47,014 nt of DNA from Octopus bimaculoides (GCF_001194135.2 NC_068981.1:157531592-157578605); one strand, 5' to 3'. Shown: positions 22,889 through 35,762, counted from the stretch's first letter. Program-made: numbers and translations. The notes: generated by a model not told the origin, from the letters alone.

Positions 22889-23807
22889 TGAGAGACTGTA
22901 CCACTACTAAAAAGTAAAAAAAAAAAAAAGAGAAGTAACAACGTTTATAGTATTAATATTCCCACGAACAATTATATAACACAAACAAAACTTTGGGCCC
23001 CAACCAGCAACAACTACCTCTAGCATCGTCATAGCATCTCTACCACTCAAAACCATCGGCATCGTAATCACTAAAAACACCAAACACCAATAACAACAAA
23101 CACCAGCATGGTTTAATATGCCCACCAAAAACGACGCCATGTTGTCTCCAGTAACGACTGGTATTTGACTCCCCCAACTCCTACCTATCTCAACTCATTT
23201 TACTGAAACTTTCTCAATAGGGGGCGATGATGCAGTTGTTTGTTTTTGTATATGTTATCGTCATTGTTGTTGTTGTCGTTGATTTTTGTGATGTTTTTTT
23301 TTTGATATTGTTGTTTTTGTTATTGTCGTCGTCGTCGTCTTAGACATGAGCGAGGATGATGTTACAGAAGACTTTAGACATTGCCTAACACACATTTAAT
23401 AGTTTGCTTAAAACTCGAATATTAATACAAGCCCCAGACCAGTCCTGACATATTAAGATATAGTCTCACATAAACACAAGCACACCCACTACACACACAC
23501 ACACATACCCAAACACGTACGCACACATACACACATACGTATATACATATACATGTGTATGTAGCTATGAACATATCTGTAAATTGATATAATTACATAA
23601 CGTAACAATACAATACATGCATACGCTCACTCCTGCACACACATTCACACCTATATAAATATATATATATAGGTATAGACTTGAATGTATAATGTGTGTA
23701 CATGCGTATATCTAGATATATATTTACAGTTAATTATATCTACTATACATTTCCATTATAGTACACACATATATGCATATATTTCAACGATATATATATA
23801 TATAATG

Positions 23808-23888
<81 letters not shown>

Positions 23889-23920
23889 TAGAGAAAGAGA
23901 GAGAGATAGACATAGATAGA
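23808..23920. repeat. (GA)n microsatellite within a mixed-microsatellite field (23480-25230)
   Basis: Direct reading. Confidence 0.95.
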
Positions 23921-24019
23921 GAGAAATCTGTGTTTATTTACCCAAACATTTATCATACATACATAAAAACGGACGCGCACACACATGTATATATATGTGT
24001 GTATATTGTCACTGTGTGT

Positions 24020-24076
<57 letters not shown>

Positions 24077-24184
24077 CACGTGTGTGTGTGTGTGTGTTTG
24101 CATTCAAACATACGCAACTGGCTAATAGTCTAACTATGCCTAAGCGAAATCATTACACACACACACACACAAATATATATACAT

Positions 24185-24215
<31 letters not shown>

Positions 24216-24240
24216 CATATACATACATACATATATATAT

Positions 24241-24279
<39 letters not shown>

Positions 24280-24986
24280 CATATATGCTTGCGCGTGTGC
24301 TTCTTCCTTTCTATGTGATGTTTAGTGGTTTCTGTGCGTGAACTGTAGCTATGTAGATTTCAGATAAGCAATCTGGTGCACAGATTTTTTCTTATTTGGC
24401 ATTTATATTTATTTCACTGTGAAGACACAAAGACACACACGCACATACACGTGCGTGCGCGCACACACACACACGCATACATACACGCACACAAATATCA
24501 CTCCTTAGAAAACATAAATATATGTATTAATATGTATGTACGTGTGTATGCATGCGTATGCGCGTATGTGTGTGTGTGTGTGTGCGCGCGCGCGCGTGTG
24601 TGTGAAAGTGCATGTATGTGTGTGTGTGTGTNNNNNNNNNNTGCGCGCGCGCGCGTGTGTGTGAAAGTGCATGTATGTGTGTGTGTGTGTGTGAGAATGT
24701 GTTGGTGTATGGATCGTTATGACCATTAACCTTTAAATACAAGGTCGCTAAGTTCGTGATGAAACTCTTCAATGTTCGTATATAACGTGTGTGTGCGTAT
24801 GTGTGTGCGCGTGTATGTGTATGTGTTGTGTGTGTGTGTGTGTCTTTATGTGCGTGTGTGTATAGACGGACATAAATGTAAATATATACACACACACATG
24901 CACTCAAGAGCGTGTATGTCATTATATGTATGGATGTATATATGTATATGTACATATACGTACATATGTATATACGTATCTTAGTA

Positions 24987-25040
<54 letters not shown>

Positions 25041-25888
25041 TATATAAATGTACATGGAAGTATGTACACGTATATATATATTTGCATGTGAACACGCACA
25101 TATGCATTCGTATTTGATAAATTCCTTGCAAAAGCGCTTGATGTCACTATATAACGAACAAATATGTGTGTATTTCTAAGTGGGATGTATATTTGTATGT
25201 ATGTAGGAATGTATGTATGTATATATATNNNNNNNNNNNNNNNNNNNNNNNNNNNNNNNNNNNNNNNNNNNNNNNNNNNNNNNNNNNNNNNNNNNNNNNN
25301 NNNNNNNNNNNNNNNNNNNNNNNNNNNNNNNNNNNNNNNNNNNNNNNNNNNNNNNNNNNNNNNNNNNNNNNNNNNNNNNNNNNNNNNNNNNNNNNNNNNN
25401 NNNNNNNNNNNNNNNNNNNNNNNNNNNNNNNNNNNNNNNNNNNNNNNNNNNNNNNNNNNNNNNNNNNNNNNNNNNNNNNNNNNNNNNNNNNNNNNNNNNN
25501 NNNNNNNNNNNNNNNNNNNNNNNNNNNNNNNNNNNNNNNNNNNNNNNNNNNNNNNNNNNNNNNNNNNNNNNNNNNNNNNNNNNNNNNNNNNNNNNNNNNN
25601 NNNNNNNNNNNNNNNNNNNNNNNNNNNNNNNNNNNNNNNNNNNNNNNNNNNNNNNNNNNNNNNNNNNNNNNNNNNNNNNNNNNNNNNNNNNNNNNNNNNN
25701 NNNNNNNNNNNNNNNNNNNNNNNNNNNNNNNNNNNNNNNNNNNNNNNNNNNNNNNNNNNNNNNNNNNNNNNNNNNNNNNNNNNNNNNNNNNNNNNNNNNN
25801 NNNNNNNNNNNNNNNNNNNNNNNNNNNNNNNNNNNNNNNNNNNNNNNNNNNNNNNNNNNNNNNNNNNNNNNNNNNNNNNNNNNNNNNN

Positions 25889-26186
25889 GCATATATACAT
25901 ACATACATACATACATACATACATACAAACATACATACATACGCACATGCATACGTACATACATGCATACGTACATGCATATATACATACATACATACGT
26001 ACATGCATATATACATACATACATACATACATACGTACATGCATATATACATACATACATACAAACATACATACATACATACATACATACTTACATACAT
26101 ACTTACATGCATACGCACATGCATACATACATACATACATACATAATACCTACATGCATACGTACATACATGCATACGTACATACA

Positions 26187-26222
<36 letters not shown>

Positions 26223-26228
26223 TATATA
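25889..26228. repeat. (CATA)n array with variant units
   Basis: Direct reading; recurring CATACGTACATGCATATA variant. Confidence 0.9.
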
Positions 26229-26564
26229 TCTTTTACTTGTTTCAGCGATTAAACTGCAGCCATGCTGGTGCACCATCTTGAAGAATTTTTAGTCGAATGT
26301 ATCGACCTCAGTAGTAATTTTTAAAATCTCGTACTTATTCAATCGGCTTATTTTGCCGAAACGCTAGGTTGCAGTGACGTTAGCACACTAACACCGGTTG
26401 TGAATCGGTGGTGGAGATAGCAAACACAGATACAAACACACACACACACACACACATACATATTTATACGACGGTCTTCTTTCAATCTACCAAATCCACT
26501 TACAAGGCTTTGGTCGGCCAGAGACTATTGTAGAAGGCACCTGCCCAAGGTGCCACGCAGTGGA
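26229..26564 (-). mobile_element. SINE A, head largely missing
   Basis: Tail TCTTTTACTTGTTTCAG, 3' half, (CA)n spacer, 5' body to GGTGCCACGCAGTGG. Confidence 0.85.
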
Positions 26565-27024
26565 TATGTATATACGCACACAAATGTGTGCTGAATGTGC
26601 GTTTGCGCGTATGCCTCGCATCTGTAAATCTCATAATGTTCAAAACATTAACTACAACAAAACATTTATCCAACATATATAGTAACTTTGTAAAACTTAC
26701 ACAAGTATCCTGAATATTAAAGAAACTCATTAAAATCATTAAAGTTAGAAGTAGAACAACGGTAAAATTTACTAAGACGGCTACAACATACAGAGACTAC
26801 AAACAAAAGAATGAAGAACGAAAGCATATTCCCTATAAATATGGAATGTTCCATCTCCTGCTGCCTGATGAGATATCTTCCATGTTTTGATATTAAAAAC
26901 AGGTTGGCTGAATCTGGCAGTGACAACAGCGCCAAAAGAATAAAACGAAAGCTTATTAATGTTGAAATAGAAAATTACTATTTGTAAATCTCTCAACGAG
27001 AGACATTCAGTAACAGTACTCTAG

Positions 27025-27217
27025 AGTAAAGATTATCTGCCAACATAACACGGCAGTCCTGGCAAGGACGAATGTTACTGCTATACGGTACTGGTTATAC
27101 GTTACTGGCTATTCGACACTAGTGTGTCGTATAGCCAGATGGAGACGATGTTTCCTGGGGCTAGTACCATTCGTCCTTGCCAGGAATGTCACGTTTTGTT
27201 GGCAAATAATCTTTACT
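27025..27217. mobile_element. MITE-like element, 55-bp imperfect TIRs, central palindrome
   Basis: Left AGTAAAGATTATCTGCCAACATAACACGGCAGTCCTGGCAAGGACGAATGTTACT versus reverse complement of right end AGTAAAGATTATTTGCCAACAAAACGTGACATTCCTGGCAAGGACGAATGGTACT (7 mismatches by eye). Confidence 0.8.
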
Positions 27218-27539
27218 TCTTAATGCTGCCTGGGAACATAGAAAAGAAATTCGTTTCATTCTATGTGTATTCAAAAATTATATAGAGAATGAAAATTATG
27301 AAACATATAAAACTAAAATTAAAGGAAGATATTGAAATGTCTAGAAGTAAAACACTATACTCCAGGGAGTCACAGCGTGAGAGTTACGTCACCCGTTTAG
27401 AATGGTGACCAAGGTCAGAAACAAAGCTAACAACCATAACGGAAGTGACGGAAGGGGAATGAGATGCAGTCAACAACAACAAGTGATGATCATTGGATAA
27501 AAGAAGAACCCATGTCAACCACTGAGAGTGGGAGACGTA

Positions 27540-27590
27540 AATTATATGATTTGAGGGAAGTTGGTTGCTATTTCCAGCAGATCAATAAGC
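27540..27590 (-). mobile_element. Repeat family D, short 5' fragment
   Basis: ATGATTTGAGGGAAGTTGGTTGCTATTTCCAGCAG. Confidence 0.6.
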
Positions 27591-27616
27591 ATACATACAT
27601 ACATACATACATACAT

Positions 27617-27652
<36 letters not shown>

Positions 27653-27808
27653 GTGTGTGTCTTTAAGTGTGTATATGCATGTGTGTGTGTGTGTGTGTGT
27701 ATGCGTGTGCGTGCAACTGTATGTATGTAAACAAGAAACAATAAAGAAAAGAGAATACGCAATACTGAAAACTGTCATATAGTTTACAGGAAATCGAAAT
27801 TCCACAAA

Positions 27809-27910
27809 TCTATCTATCTGTCTGTCTGTCTGTCTGTCTGCCTGTCTGCCTGCCTGCCTACCTGCCTGCCTGCCTGTCTGTCCGTCCGTCTGTCTGAATG
27901 TATGTATGTA
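27809..27910. repeat. Graded tetranucleotide array TCTA>TCTG>CCTG>TCCG>TATG
   Basis: Direct reading. Confidence 0.9.
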
Positions 27911-28179
27911 TAATATGAATATGTGGTGTAAGAATGCTAAAGGAATTTTATCACAAAAATTAGCGACATCGTGCGTACACGTTAGTGTTTATAACTATCT
28001 GATAACTATCTAACAATAATTAAACACACACATACACACATACACACATACACACACACACATGTACACAAGCACACACATGCACGCATACACACACACA
28101 CACACACACACATGCGCACGCGCACACACACACTGATGCATACACACGTGCGAGCACGCACTAACACACGCTCACATAT

Positions 28180-28460
28180 GGAGAAATCGAGAGGAGTGAC
28201 AAGGAGAGAAAGACGGAGAGTGAGAGACAGAGAGAGGAAAGAAGGAGAGAAAGAGACAGGAAGTAAGTAAGAGTGAGAGAAAGAGAGAAAAAGAAGTAGC
28301 AACAAGAGGAATGAAAAAAAGCGGTAGGAAGAAAGAGAAGGAGAATGAGGTGAAAGCTTATAAAGTATAAAGAAGAAAAGGCAGATCGAGGGAGTGAGAA
28401 TAGAATAGAGGAAGAGGGAGAGAGAGAGGGGGAGAAAGAGAGATGAAGAGAGAAAATGGG
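28180..28460 (+). repeat. Purine-rich low-complexity tract
   Basis: GA/GAA-rich. Confidence 0.8.
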
Positions 28461-28485
28461 GGCGAATCAACTATTTCCTGTACAG

Positions 28486-28569
28486 ATGCAGAAAGGACCA
28501 AATTTCAATGCGAAACTAAATGTCAACGGCGTAATTGTTTATTCAGGATTTAGCAACGTTGCCATTCAG
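28486..28569 (+). other. Candidate 84-nt frame-preserving exon, unverified
   Basis: CTATTTCCTGTACAG|ATG...ATTCAG|GTAGAT. Only frame 0 is open: MQKGPNFNAKLNVNGVIVYSGFSNVAIQ. Donor is mediocre; no homology recognised. Confidence 0.2.
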
Positions 28570-28977
28570 GTAGATGAAGACTTGTTTTTATAAAGGGGAA
28601 ACAGCAAATACTATTTCGGGTGTGATACAAAGGGACTATAAATCGTCAGATCCTTAACAATAAGCAGTAATAATAAATAAGAAACATTAGTACCATGAAA
28701 GAAATGGAATCTTTACTATATATTCTAAAGGAAAATTATTTTAAACTACGATGAGTTACTTGTCAATTCAGCGGGGGAAAAACAGCCTTGAGAATTTGAG
28801 CCAGTGAGAAAGAAATGCGTTTGTCATTTGATCTGCGAGAAATTACAATAACTTCAAATCACACTTTGTTGTAAATATGGGGAGGGCACCTTTGATATTG
28901 TGCTTAGGTAAAAGTTTTGTAATATTTTGGTAACTTGTTTGCTTTGTTCGTCAAGTTACAGCAAAAGCAGCGTAGCA

Positions 28978-29180
28978 TTAAGAGTAGAGGCTTTCGTGTT
29001 GCATTATCTCAAGCTGCCTTTCTGCCAGTTCTTTGATCCCACGCTGATACTAGTTCTTGTCTTTCGAGGCGAAGGACTCCTTCACTGAAGCTTCCACCTC
29101 CTCTTGGTTGATGAAGCATCGCGAGCGAAGAAAGTGAATCATGGATCAGAACAAGTAACAATCTAAGGGAGATATTTCCG
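28978..29180 (-). mobile_element. mariner (DD34D) transposase C-terminal fossil
   Basis: Minus: AEISPLDCYLF*SMIHFLRSRCFINQEEVEASVKESFASKDKN*YQRGIKELAERQLEIMQHESLYS*, matching the SPDLAPSDYHLFRSM...WYQRGIKELAERW region. Confidence 0.85.
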
Positions 29181-29418
29181 CAAGAAGTGGCTAAACAAAA
29201 AGCCAGCTTCCGGAATATGTCACTAAACATGGATGTTTGGAACACAAGGTGATACTCTGATGGAATCATGTGGTGATAATTCACTACGAGTTCGTTTCGA
29301 GCATTCGAACCATCGATGCTAACCTGTACTTCGAACAGCTGGAGCGGATGTAAGCCATCGTTCGGCAAGAATACTCGACAATGTGTATTCTTTTATGCAG
29401 CAAGACAACGCAAGACCT
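29179..29418 (+). mobile_element. mariner transposase middle-domain fossil
   Basis: Plus: RKKWL..., HKVIL*WN.VVIIHYEFVSSIRTIDANLYFEQLERM, then QQDNARP (second catalytic Asp motif). Confidence 0.85.
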
Positions 29419-29904
29419 CTGAAGTTCAGTTGACAGAAAGTAGGGGATTGTGATGTTCATGCCTCTTCCATTAGCTACATATTTCTAGTAAAATGGCTGC
29501 GACAAAGAAATTAAAATGGCTTGCGGCAAGCCCAATTGCGCTCGCTAAACACTCCAGTGAAATATTGTGATTGTCTCTGACAAGGTACTAAAACGCTTAC
29601 ATGAGGAATAAGCTATATGACACTCCATGAACATTTTCGAAGAACATTAACATTAATACAGTACATATCGTAAACAGCTTCGGCTATGAACTGAAACTGT
29701 TTGCGGAGTGCTTATCTTTTATGTAGTGTATACGGTCCACCTATAACAAGATCTATATACATACACTTATTGCAGTAGGACGCAATTGATCACTTATTTC
29801 CATCCAGACTACATTATCCTTTATGTCCTACCATCATTAATATAACGGTTCAATTTTGGGAAGATTTAGCAGCCGACCCTATAGAGAGGCCTTTATCGAC
29901 TTGC

Positions 29905-30020
29905 CACTACAACGCCTAAGTTCAAAGGCGTTCCAGTCATGACCACCCTGTCTAGATTTTCTAATGTATCTTTAATAATGTATAGTGTAAGTTGAGGGAA
30001 ATTTGACTACAATTTCTAAA
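29905..30020 (-). mobile_element. Repeat family D copy
   Basis: TTCAAAGGCGTTCCAGTCATGACCACCCTGTCT...GTTGAGGGAAATTTGACTAC. Confidence 0.6.
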
Positions 30021-30739
30021 CCACATAAAAACTGCCTCATTGATTTGAGTAACATATATCAACTGAATTTGTTTACTAAGACATAGATTTTCGTAAAAAC
30101 TGTAGCGATCAGATGTGATATACAGCAAGTATTAAATCGGCACATAATTCGACCTTAGTTTTTTTTTTTTTTCAAAATTTAAGATATTTATGTCACATTT
30201 TAATCTGTCTTATATAGTACACATTAAGATAAGTGATTTCAATCCTAAATATTTTTATAGACATTGAGATGTATACATTTCTGCATATGATCTGTTAACA
30301 TGGGAAAGCTAGCAAACTAGCGGTAGACTTAATACTGAGATAGCAACACTGAAAGTGATCAAATAATGTTGAACAAGAAGGGCCAAACTGGTGGAAAGGA
30401 ATTCTTCAAAACTACGAGTAATTTTAAAAGTTTTGTTATTCTAAGCATAAAAATGATAATATCAAAAGTATATGAGCGCGTGTGTGTGTGTGTGTGCGTG
30501 AGTAAGTGTGTGTGTGTGTGTGTGTGTGTNNNNNNNNNNNNNNNNNNNNNNNNNNNNNNNNNNNNNNNNNNNNNNNNNNNNNNNNNNNNNNNNNNNNNNN
30601 NNNNNNNNNNNNNNNNNNNNNNNNNNNNNNNNNNNNNNNNNNNNNNNNNNNNNNNNNNNNNNNNNNNNNNNNNNNNNNNNNNNNNNNNNNNNNNNNNNNN
30701 NNNNNNNNNNNNNNNNNNNNNNNNNNNNNNNNNNNNNNN

Positions 30740-31144
30740 AGTCATCTGACTGCGGCCATGCTGCAGCAGCGTCTTTAGTCGAACAAATCGACCCCAGGAC
30801 TTATTCTTAGTAAGCCTAGTACTTATTCTATCGGTCTCTTGTGCCAAACCGCTATGTTGCGGAGACGTAAACACTCCAGCATTGGCTGCCAAGCGATGGT
30901 GGTGGTGGGGGGGGGGACAAACACAGACACAAAAATACATGCATAAACACATACATACATACATATATATATATTATATATGACGGGCTTCTTTCAGTTT
31001 CCGTCTACCAAATCCACTCACAAGGCTTTGGTCGGCCCGAGGCTATAGTAGAAGACACTTACCCAAGAAGTCACGAAGTGGGACTGAATCCGGAACCACG
31101 TGGCTGGGAAGCAAGCTCCTCACCACACAGCCACTCCTGCGCCT
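30740..31144 (-). mobile_element. SINE A, near full length, low divergence
   Basis: Complete 3' half, (CA)/(TA) spacer, 5' half and head ...CACCACACAGCCACTCCTGCGCCT. Confidence 0.92.
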
Positions 31145-31452
31145 GTCATTGGACTGCCTTGTAGGGTGTAGTCGAAGAAATCGACCCCAGTGCTTATTTT
31201 TTTAAGCTTAGTACTTATTCTGTCAGTGTGTTTTGTCGAACCGCTAGTCAACTCTGATGCAAATGAATCAACACCAGCTGTGAAGAGAAGAGTGACAAAT
31301 ACACACGCACATAGATATATACATATAGCTTACAGTTTCCATCTGCCAAACCCATTCACAATGCTTGTGGGTGGGGGGATTCCCCAAGGTGCCACGCAGT
31401 GAGACTGAACCCAAGATTACATGGTTGGGAAACAAATGCACACACGCTCGCG
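31145..31452 (-). mobile_element. Older SINE A copy, tandem with the previous one
   Basis: GTCGAAGAAATCGACCCCAG...GTACTTATTCT...CCAAGGTGCCACGCAGTGAGACTGAACCC. Confidence 0.75.
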
Positions 31453-31516
31453 CACACACATACATGTATGTATAGGCCTCACAGAGATTATTTTGTAGAC
31501 ATAGGTCTAATAGAGA

Positions 31517-32046
31517 GAAGGCGCATGGCTCAGTGCGTAGAGTGCCAGACTTACAATCGTGTGGTTGTGAGTTCAATTCCCAAACCGGGCTGTGTGTTGT
31601 GTTCTTGAGTAAGACACTTTATTTTCAAGTTCACTCAACTTTAGAAATGATTTGCAACGTTACTGATGCCAAGTTGTATCGGCCTTTGCCTTTCCCTTGG
31701 AAACATTGATGGCGTTAGCACGCCAGGAAAAGTGCCTAGCGGTATTTCGTCTGTCTTTACGTTCTGAGTTCAAATTCCGCCGAGGTCGGAAAGACTTTGC
31801 CTTTCATCCTTTCAGGGTCGATAAATTAAGTACCAGTTGCTGTACTGGAGTCGATCTAATCGACTGGCCCTGTCCCCAAAATTTCAGGCCTTGTGCCTAG
31901 AGTAGAAAATATTGATGGCGTGGAGAAGGAAGGCTGGTATGCATAAGCCACTGCTGGTCTTCCACAAAGCAGCCTTGCCTCGGAGGGGAACTTCTTGGGA
32001 GCGTTACTATGGCTAGCTGCGACCGAAGAAGCTCTTTAATCTTTAC
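31517..32046 (+). mobile_element. tRNA-headed CORE-like SINE family C, interrupted by a SINE B
   Basis: Head GAAGGCGCATGGCTCAGTG...GAGTTCAATTCCC; GTGTTGTGTTCTTGAGTAAGACACTTT; body resumes at 31921. Confidence 0.8.
31715..31910 (+). mobile_element. 5'-truncated SINE B nested in SINE C, exact 10-bp TSD
   Basis: ATTGATGGCG at 31705-31714 and 31911-31920. Confidence 0.92.
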
Positions 32047-32139
32047 TCTGCTCTTTTGGTCTAAAAGCATGTGGGAACCCACAGATAAGGCTTCAGGTGA
32101 TAAGCTAAACAATCAATGCATGGTTATGGGAAGTCACTT

Positions 32140-32345
32140 AGTTGTTTCACTCTAGGATAGCTATGATTGGACAGATCTATCTTCAAAGACATTCCAAGAG
32201 CGATCATTCCATAAATTTATGCATCCAAGACTGAATTGACCCACGTGTCCTAAGTTTTTTGTTTTCTTTTCTTTTGAATACAGTAGGATGTGATTTCAAA
32301 GAGCTTTGGTTAGTATTTCATGCAGATCAAGTAAACACGTAGGAA
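32140..32345 (-). mobile_element. Repeat family D copy
   Basis: GTTGTTTCACTCTAGG...TTCAAAGACATTCC...GTAGGATGTGATTTCAAAGAG. Confidence 0.6.
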
Positions 32346-32507
32346 CTAACTTGTTGCCTCGAGATAAAACAGCTCTTTGGTGCTAACGAGATTGGTTAAT
32401 AGTAAAGTGAAGATAGACAGAAGTGCATTAGCAAATATTCATATATTGACATACGATGTGCGTGATGTCTGGGTGTATGTGTGTGTGAATGTGTGCGTGT
32501 GTGTATA

Positions 32508-32538
<31 letters not shown>

Positions 32539-33243
32539 ATGTGTGCGTGTGTGTGCGTGCGTGTCTGTGCGGGCCTGTGTATATGTGTGTATTAAGAAGA
32601 AGAAGAAACACTTCATTGAAATAGACATGTGAATAGTTTGATAAAGAGACATTCGCTTAGACAGAGACATACTCAGACATACTCGCAAAATACACATAAA
32701 TTCACACCCAAACACATATACACATACTTAGACACAGTCAAATGTGTGTGTATGCATAAATACAGATCATACAAACACACACACACATATATATATATAA
32801 ATGCATACATATACATATGTATATACATACAAGTATACATATATATATATANNNNNNNNNNNNNNNNNNNNNNNNNNNNNNNNNNNNNNNNNNNNNNNNN
32901 NNNNNNNNNNNNNNNNNNNNNNNNNNNNNNNNNNNNNNNNNNNNNNNNNNNNNNNNNNNNNNNNNNNNNNNNNNNNNNNNNNNNNNNNNNNNNNNNNNNN
33001 NNNNNNNNNNNNNNNNNNNNNNNNNNNNNNNNNNNNNNNNNNNNNNNNNNNNNNNNNNNNNNNNNNNNNNNNNNNNNNNNNNNNNNNNNNNNNNNNNNNN
33101 NNNNNNNNNNNNNNNNNNNNNNNNNNNNNNNNNNNNNNNNNNNNNNNNNNNNNNNNNNNNNNNNNNNNNNNNNNNNNNNNNNNNNNNNNNNNNNNNNNNN
33201 NNNNNNNNNNNNNNNNNNNNNNNNNNNNNNNNNNNNNNNNNNN

Positions 33244-33292
<49 letters not shown>

Positions 33293-33804
33293 AATGTATG
33301 CTTGTATATGTATGTATGTATGTATGTATGCGTGTGTTGGTTATGTTTAGATAGATAGAAAGTTAGACAGATAAACAGACGTTTGTAAGTTGTTGCGATA
33401 TGATAAAAAATAATGTCAGTTTTGTCAAGCCAGTGTGTAAGACACACCATCAACAACTGGCCCAACATTTCTAGCTAGTTGCTACATTGCTATAAGACAA
33501 GATGGCGTATAAAAACAATATACAATACAATTGATAGAAAAAAATTGCTGAGCCTGAAAGACCAGAAAGAAGTACTGTTATCATGGAATGTATGCTCACA
33601 TATAAAAATAAAGAATACTTGTGGAAGTTGGAAGAATTCTGTGAAAGAGTACCCTTTTCTGTACAAGCACAACAAACCTGATATTGTCCTCTGAGACAGG
33701 GAACAAAACTCGTGTAGTGTTGTGTGAACAAGCTACTCGGTATATATATCTTTGGTGAATTTGTACGGAAGAATATCAACTATGAATAAAATATAAGCAC
33801 AAGA

Positions 33805-33975
33805 ATAGCCACGTGGTTAAAGAGTTCGCTTTGTAATTTCATGTTTCTTGGGTTCGATATTCTGCTGTGCCAGTTCTAGGGCAAGTTACCTTTACAGTAG
33901 CTTCGAGTTAACAAATGGTTTAAGTGTGGAATTTGGTTAACGTAAACTATACTGAAGCCCAACGAATATATGTAG
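33805..33975 (+). mobile_element. Old SINE A-like 5' half
   Basis: CACGTGGTTAAAGAG...GGGTTCGAT...TAGGGCAAGTTACC...GGAATTTGGTTAACGTAAACT...GAAGCCC. Confidence 0.5.
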
Positions 33976-34547
33976 GCTAACAACGGTTTGACTACGTTGC
34001 TTTCTGTTTCTTCTGTTATATATANNNNNNNNNNNNNNNNNNNNNNNNNNNNNNNNNNNNNNNNNNNNNNNNNNNNNNNNNNNNNNNNNNNNNNNNNNNN
34101 NNNNNNNNNNNNNNNNNNNNNNNNNNNNNNNNNNNNNNNNNNNNNNNNNNNNNNNNNNNNNNNNNNNNNNNNNNNNNNNNNNNNNNNNNNNNNNNNNNNN
34201 NNNNNNNNNNNNNNNNNNNNNNNNNNNNNNNNNNNNNNNNNNNNNNNNNNNNNNNNNNNNNNNNNNNNNNNNNNNNNNNNNNNNNNNNNNNNNNNNNNNN
34301 NNNNNNNNNNNNNNNNNNNNNNNNNNNNNNNNNNNNNNNNNNNNNNNNNNNNNNNNNNNNNNNNNNNNNNNNNNNNNNNNNNNNNNNNNNNNNNNNNNNN
34401 NNNNNNNNNNNNNNNNNNNNNNNNNNNNNNNNNNNNNNNNNNNNNNNNNNNNNNNNNNNNNNNNNNNNNNNNNNNNNNNNNNNNNNNNNNNNNNNNNNNN
34501 NNNNNNNNNNNNNNNNNNNNNNNNNNNNNNNNNNNNNNNNNNNNNNN

Positions 34548-34629
<82 letters not shown>

Positions 34630-35029
34630 TGTGTGTAGCACATGTAGGAGAAATTACGATAAATACAATTTTATATTATTTGTTGCTATGTGTATATATA
34701 CACACATATATATGTTGTGTGTTTATGTTTATTGACGTAAATCGGTGTGTCAAGCAGTGTCCCATCATGTCATCGTACTAATATGTAGCACAGAAATTGC
34801 TAAAATAATACCAGACTAAAATAAATTCTGAGTACAATACGACCAGCTAAACCCATCTGTGATAGCGTCCTGTAGTACATCAGCATGGATGCAATCCAAT
34901 GACTAAAACTAGTAAAATAATGAATTTGTATAAATCCTATAGACACACGGTTCCGATGATAGACTCGAGCCTTTAACACACGAAGCTATATTGTAAGGTA
35001 CTTATATATCATCCAACGGAGTTTACCAG

Positions 35030-35560
35030 CAAGAATAACCGCTTCATCAACAAAATTCTGATCAGTAATCCTAGTTTCACTAATGAAACTAAGACTATCC
35101 TTGTGAGTCTCGTGGATGTATTAAGCAGTGCTTTCCTTTCACTAAGCGAGGAAGCGGAACCACTTGACCATAGAGTTTCTTGAGTCAAGACAAAGCTCCA
35201 GTGTTTCGTCGGCTTCCTGGAAAACTTCATCTTGTTTGTCTTTGTTGTGGGGAAAAAATGTCTAGATTGCTGACCGCTTCGCTTACCTCGGTAGAGTGCT
35301 CCATAACAACATTAGCTGCGGTTCCGAAGTTTTTTAAGACTCGGACGTACTGGTGCAAGAATGTTTGGTGTCCCCGATGTCTGAGTAGGTGGACAAAAGT
35401 TCGAGGTCTTCAGGTTTATGGTCCTCCCTGTCTTGCTTTATAGTTGCGAGACTTGGACACTTCTTGGAACCTTTAGGAGCCAGGTCCCAAGGACTCCTTG
35501 GTACCAGGATGCTTCACAGGGTTCTGGGTTACCATTGGTCAGATTTGTACCCAATCAACG
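35030..35560 (+). mobile_element. RTE-clade LINE ORF2 fragment (RT C-terminal part and thumb), degraded
   Basis: ALLSL-like SAFLSLSEEAEPLDHRVS*VKTKLQCFVGFL, then RCLSRWTKVR / VFRFMVLPVLLYSCETWTL (35406-35462) and GTRMLHRVLGYHWSD, the RTE KxRxFxxxVxPVLLYGCETW signature. Confidence 0.9.
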
Positions 35561-35761
35561 ACAGTTCTCATAAACTGAAATGTGTTCTGTTACGCCCAAA
35601 TCTTTAGCGAAAAACAAAGCTGTTAAATCTCACTTTCTACCTTTAACTTGTTGCAGTCATTGGAGACAATGTTAGAATGAGGTTATAGTGGAGACAATGT
35701 TAGAATGAGGTTATAGTAATGTGTAAGTCAGAGTAAATCTAATTCACACTCATTGCTGGCT

Positions 35762-35762
35762 T

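Noticed and set aside
27464-27540. MQSTTTSDDHWIKEEP..., an IKEEP motif typical of ZNF proteins
   Set aside because: In-frame stop just upstream, no acceptor, and the ORF runs into repeat D and microsatellite.
29009-29368. 119-aa minus ORF
   Set aside because: It is an off-frame/antisense reading of the mariner fossils.
12480-31580. tRNA-like segments (12480-12542, 14780-14855, 31517-31585)
   Set aside because: They are SINE heads with no complete cloverleaf, so not tRNA genes.
33685-33725. CTGAGAC...AAAACTCGTGTA hammerhead-like remnant
   Set aside because: Too many changes are needed in the core and stems.
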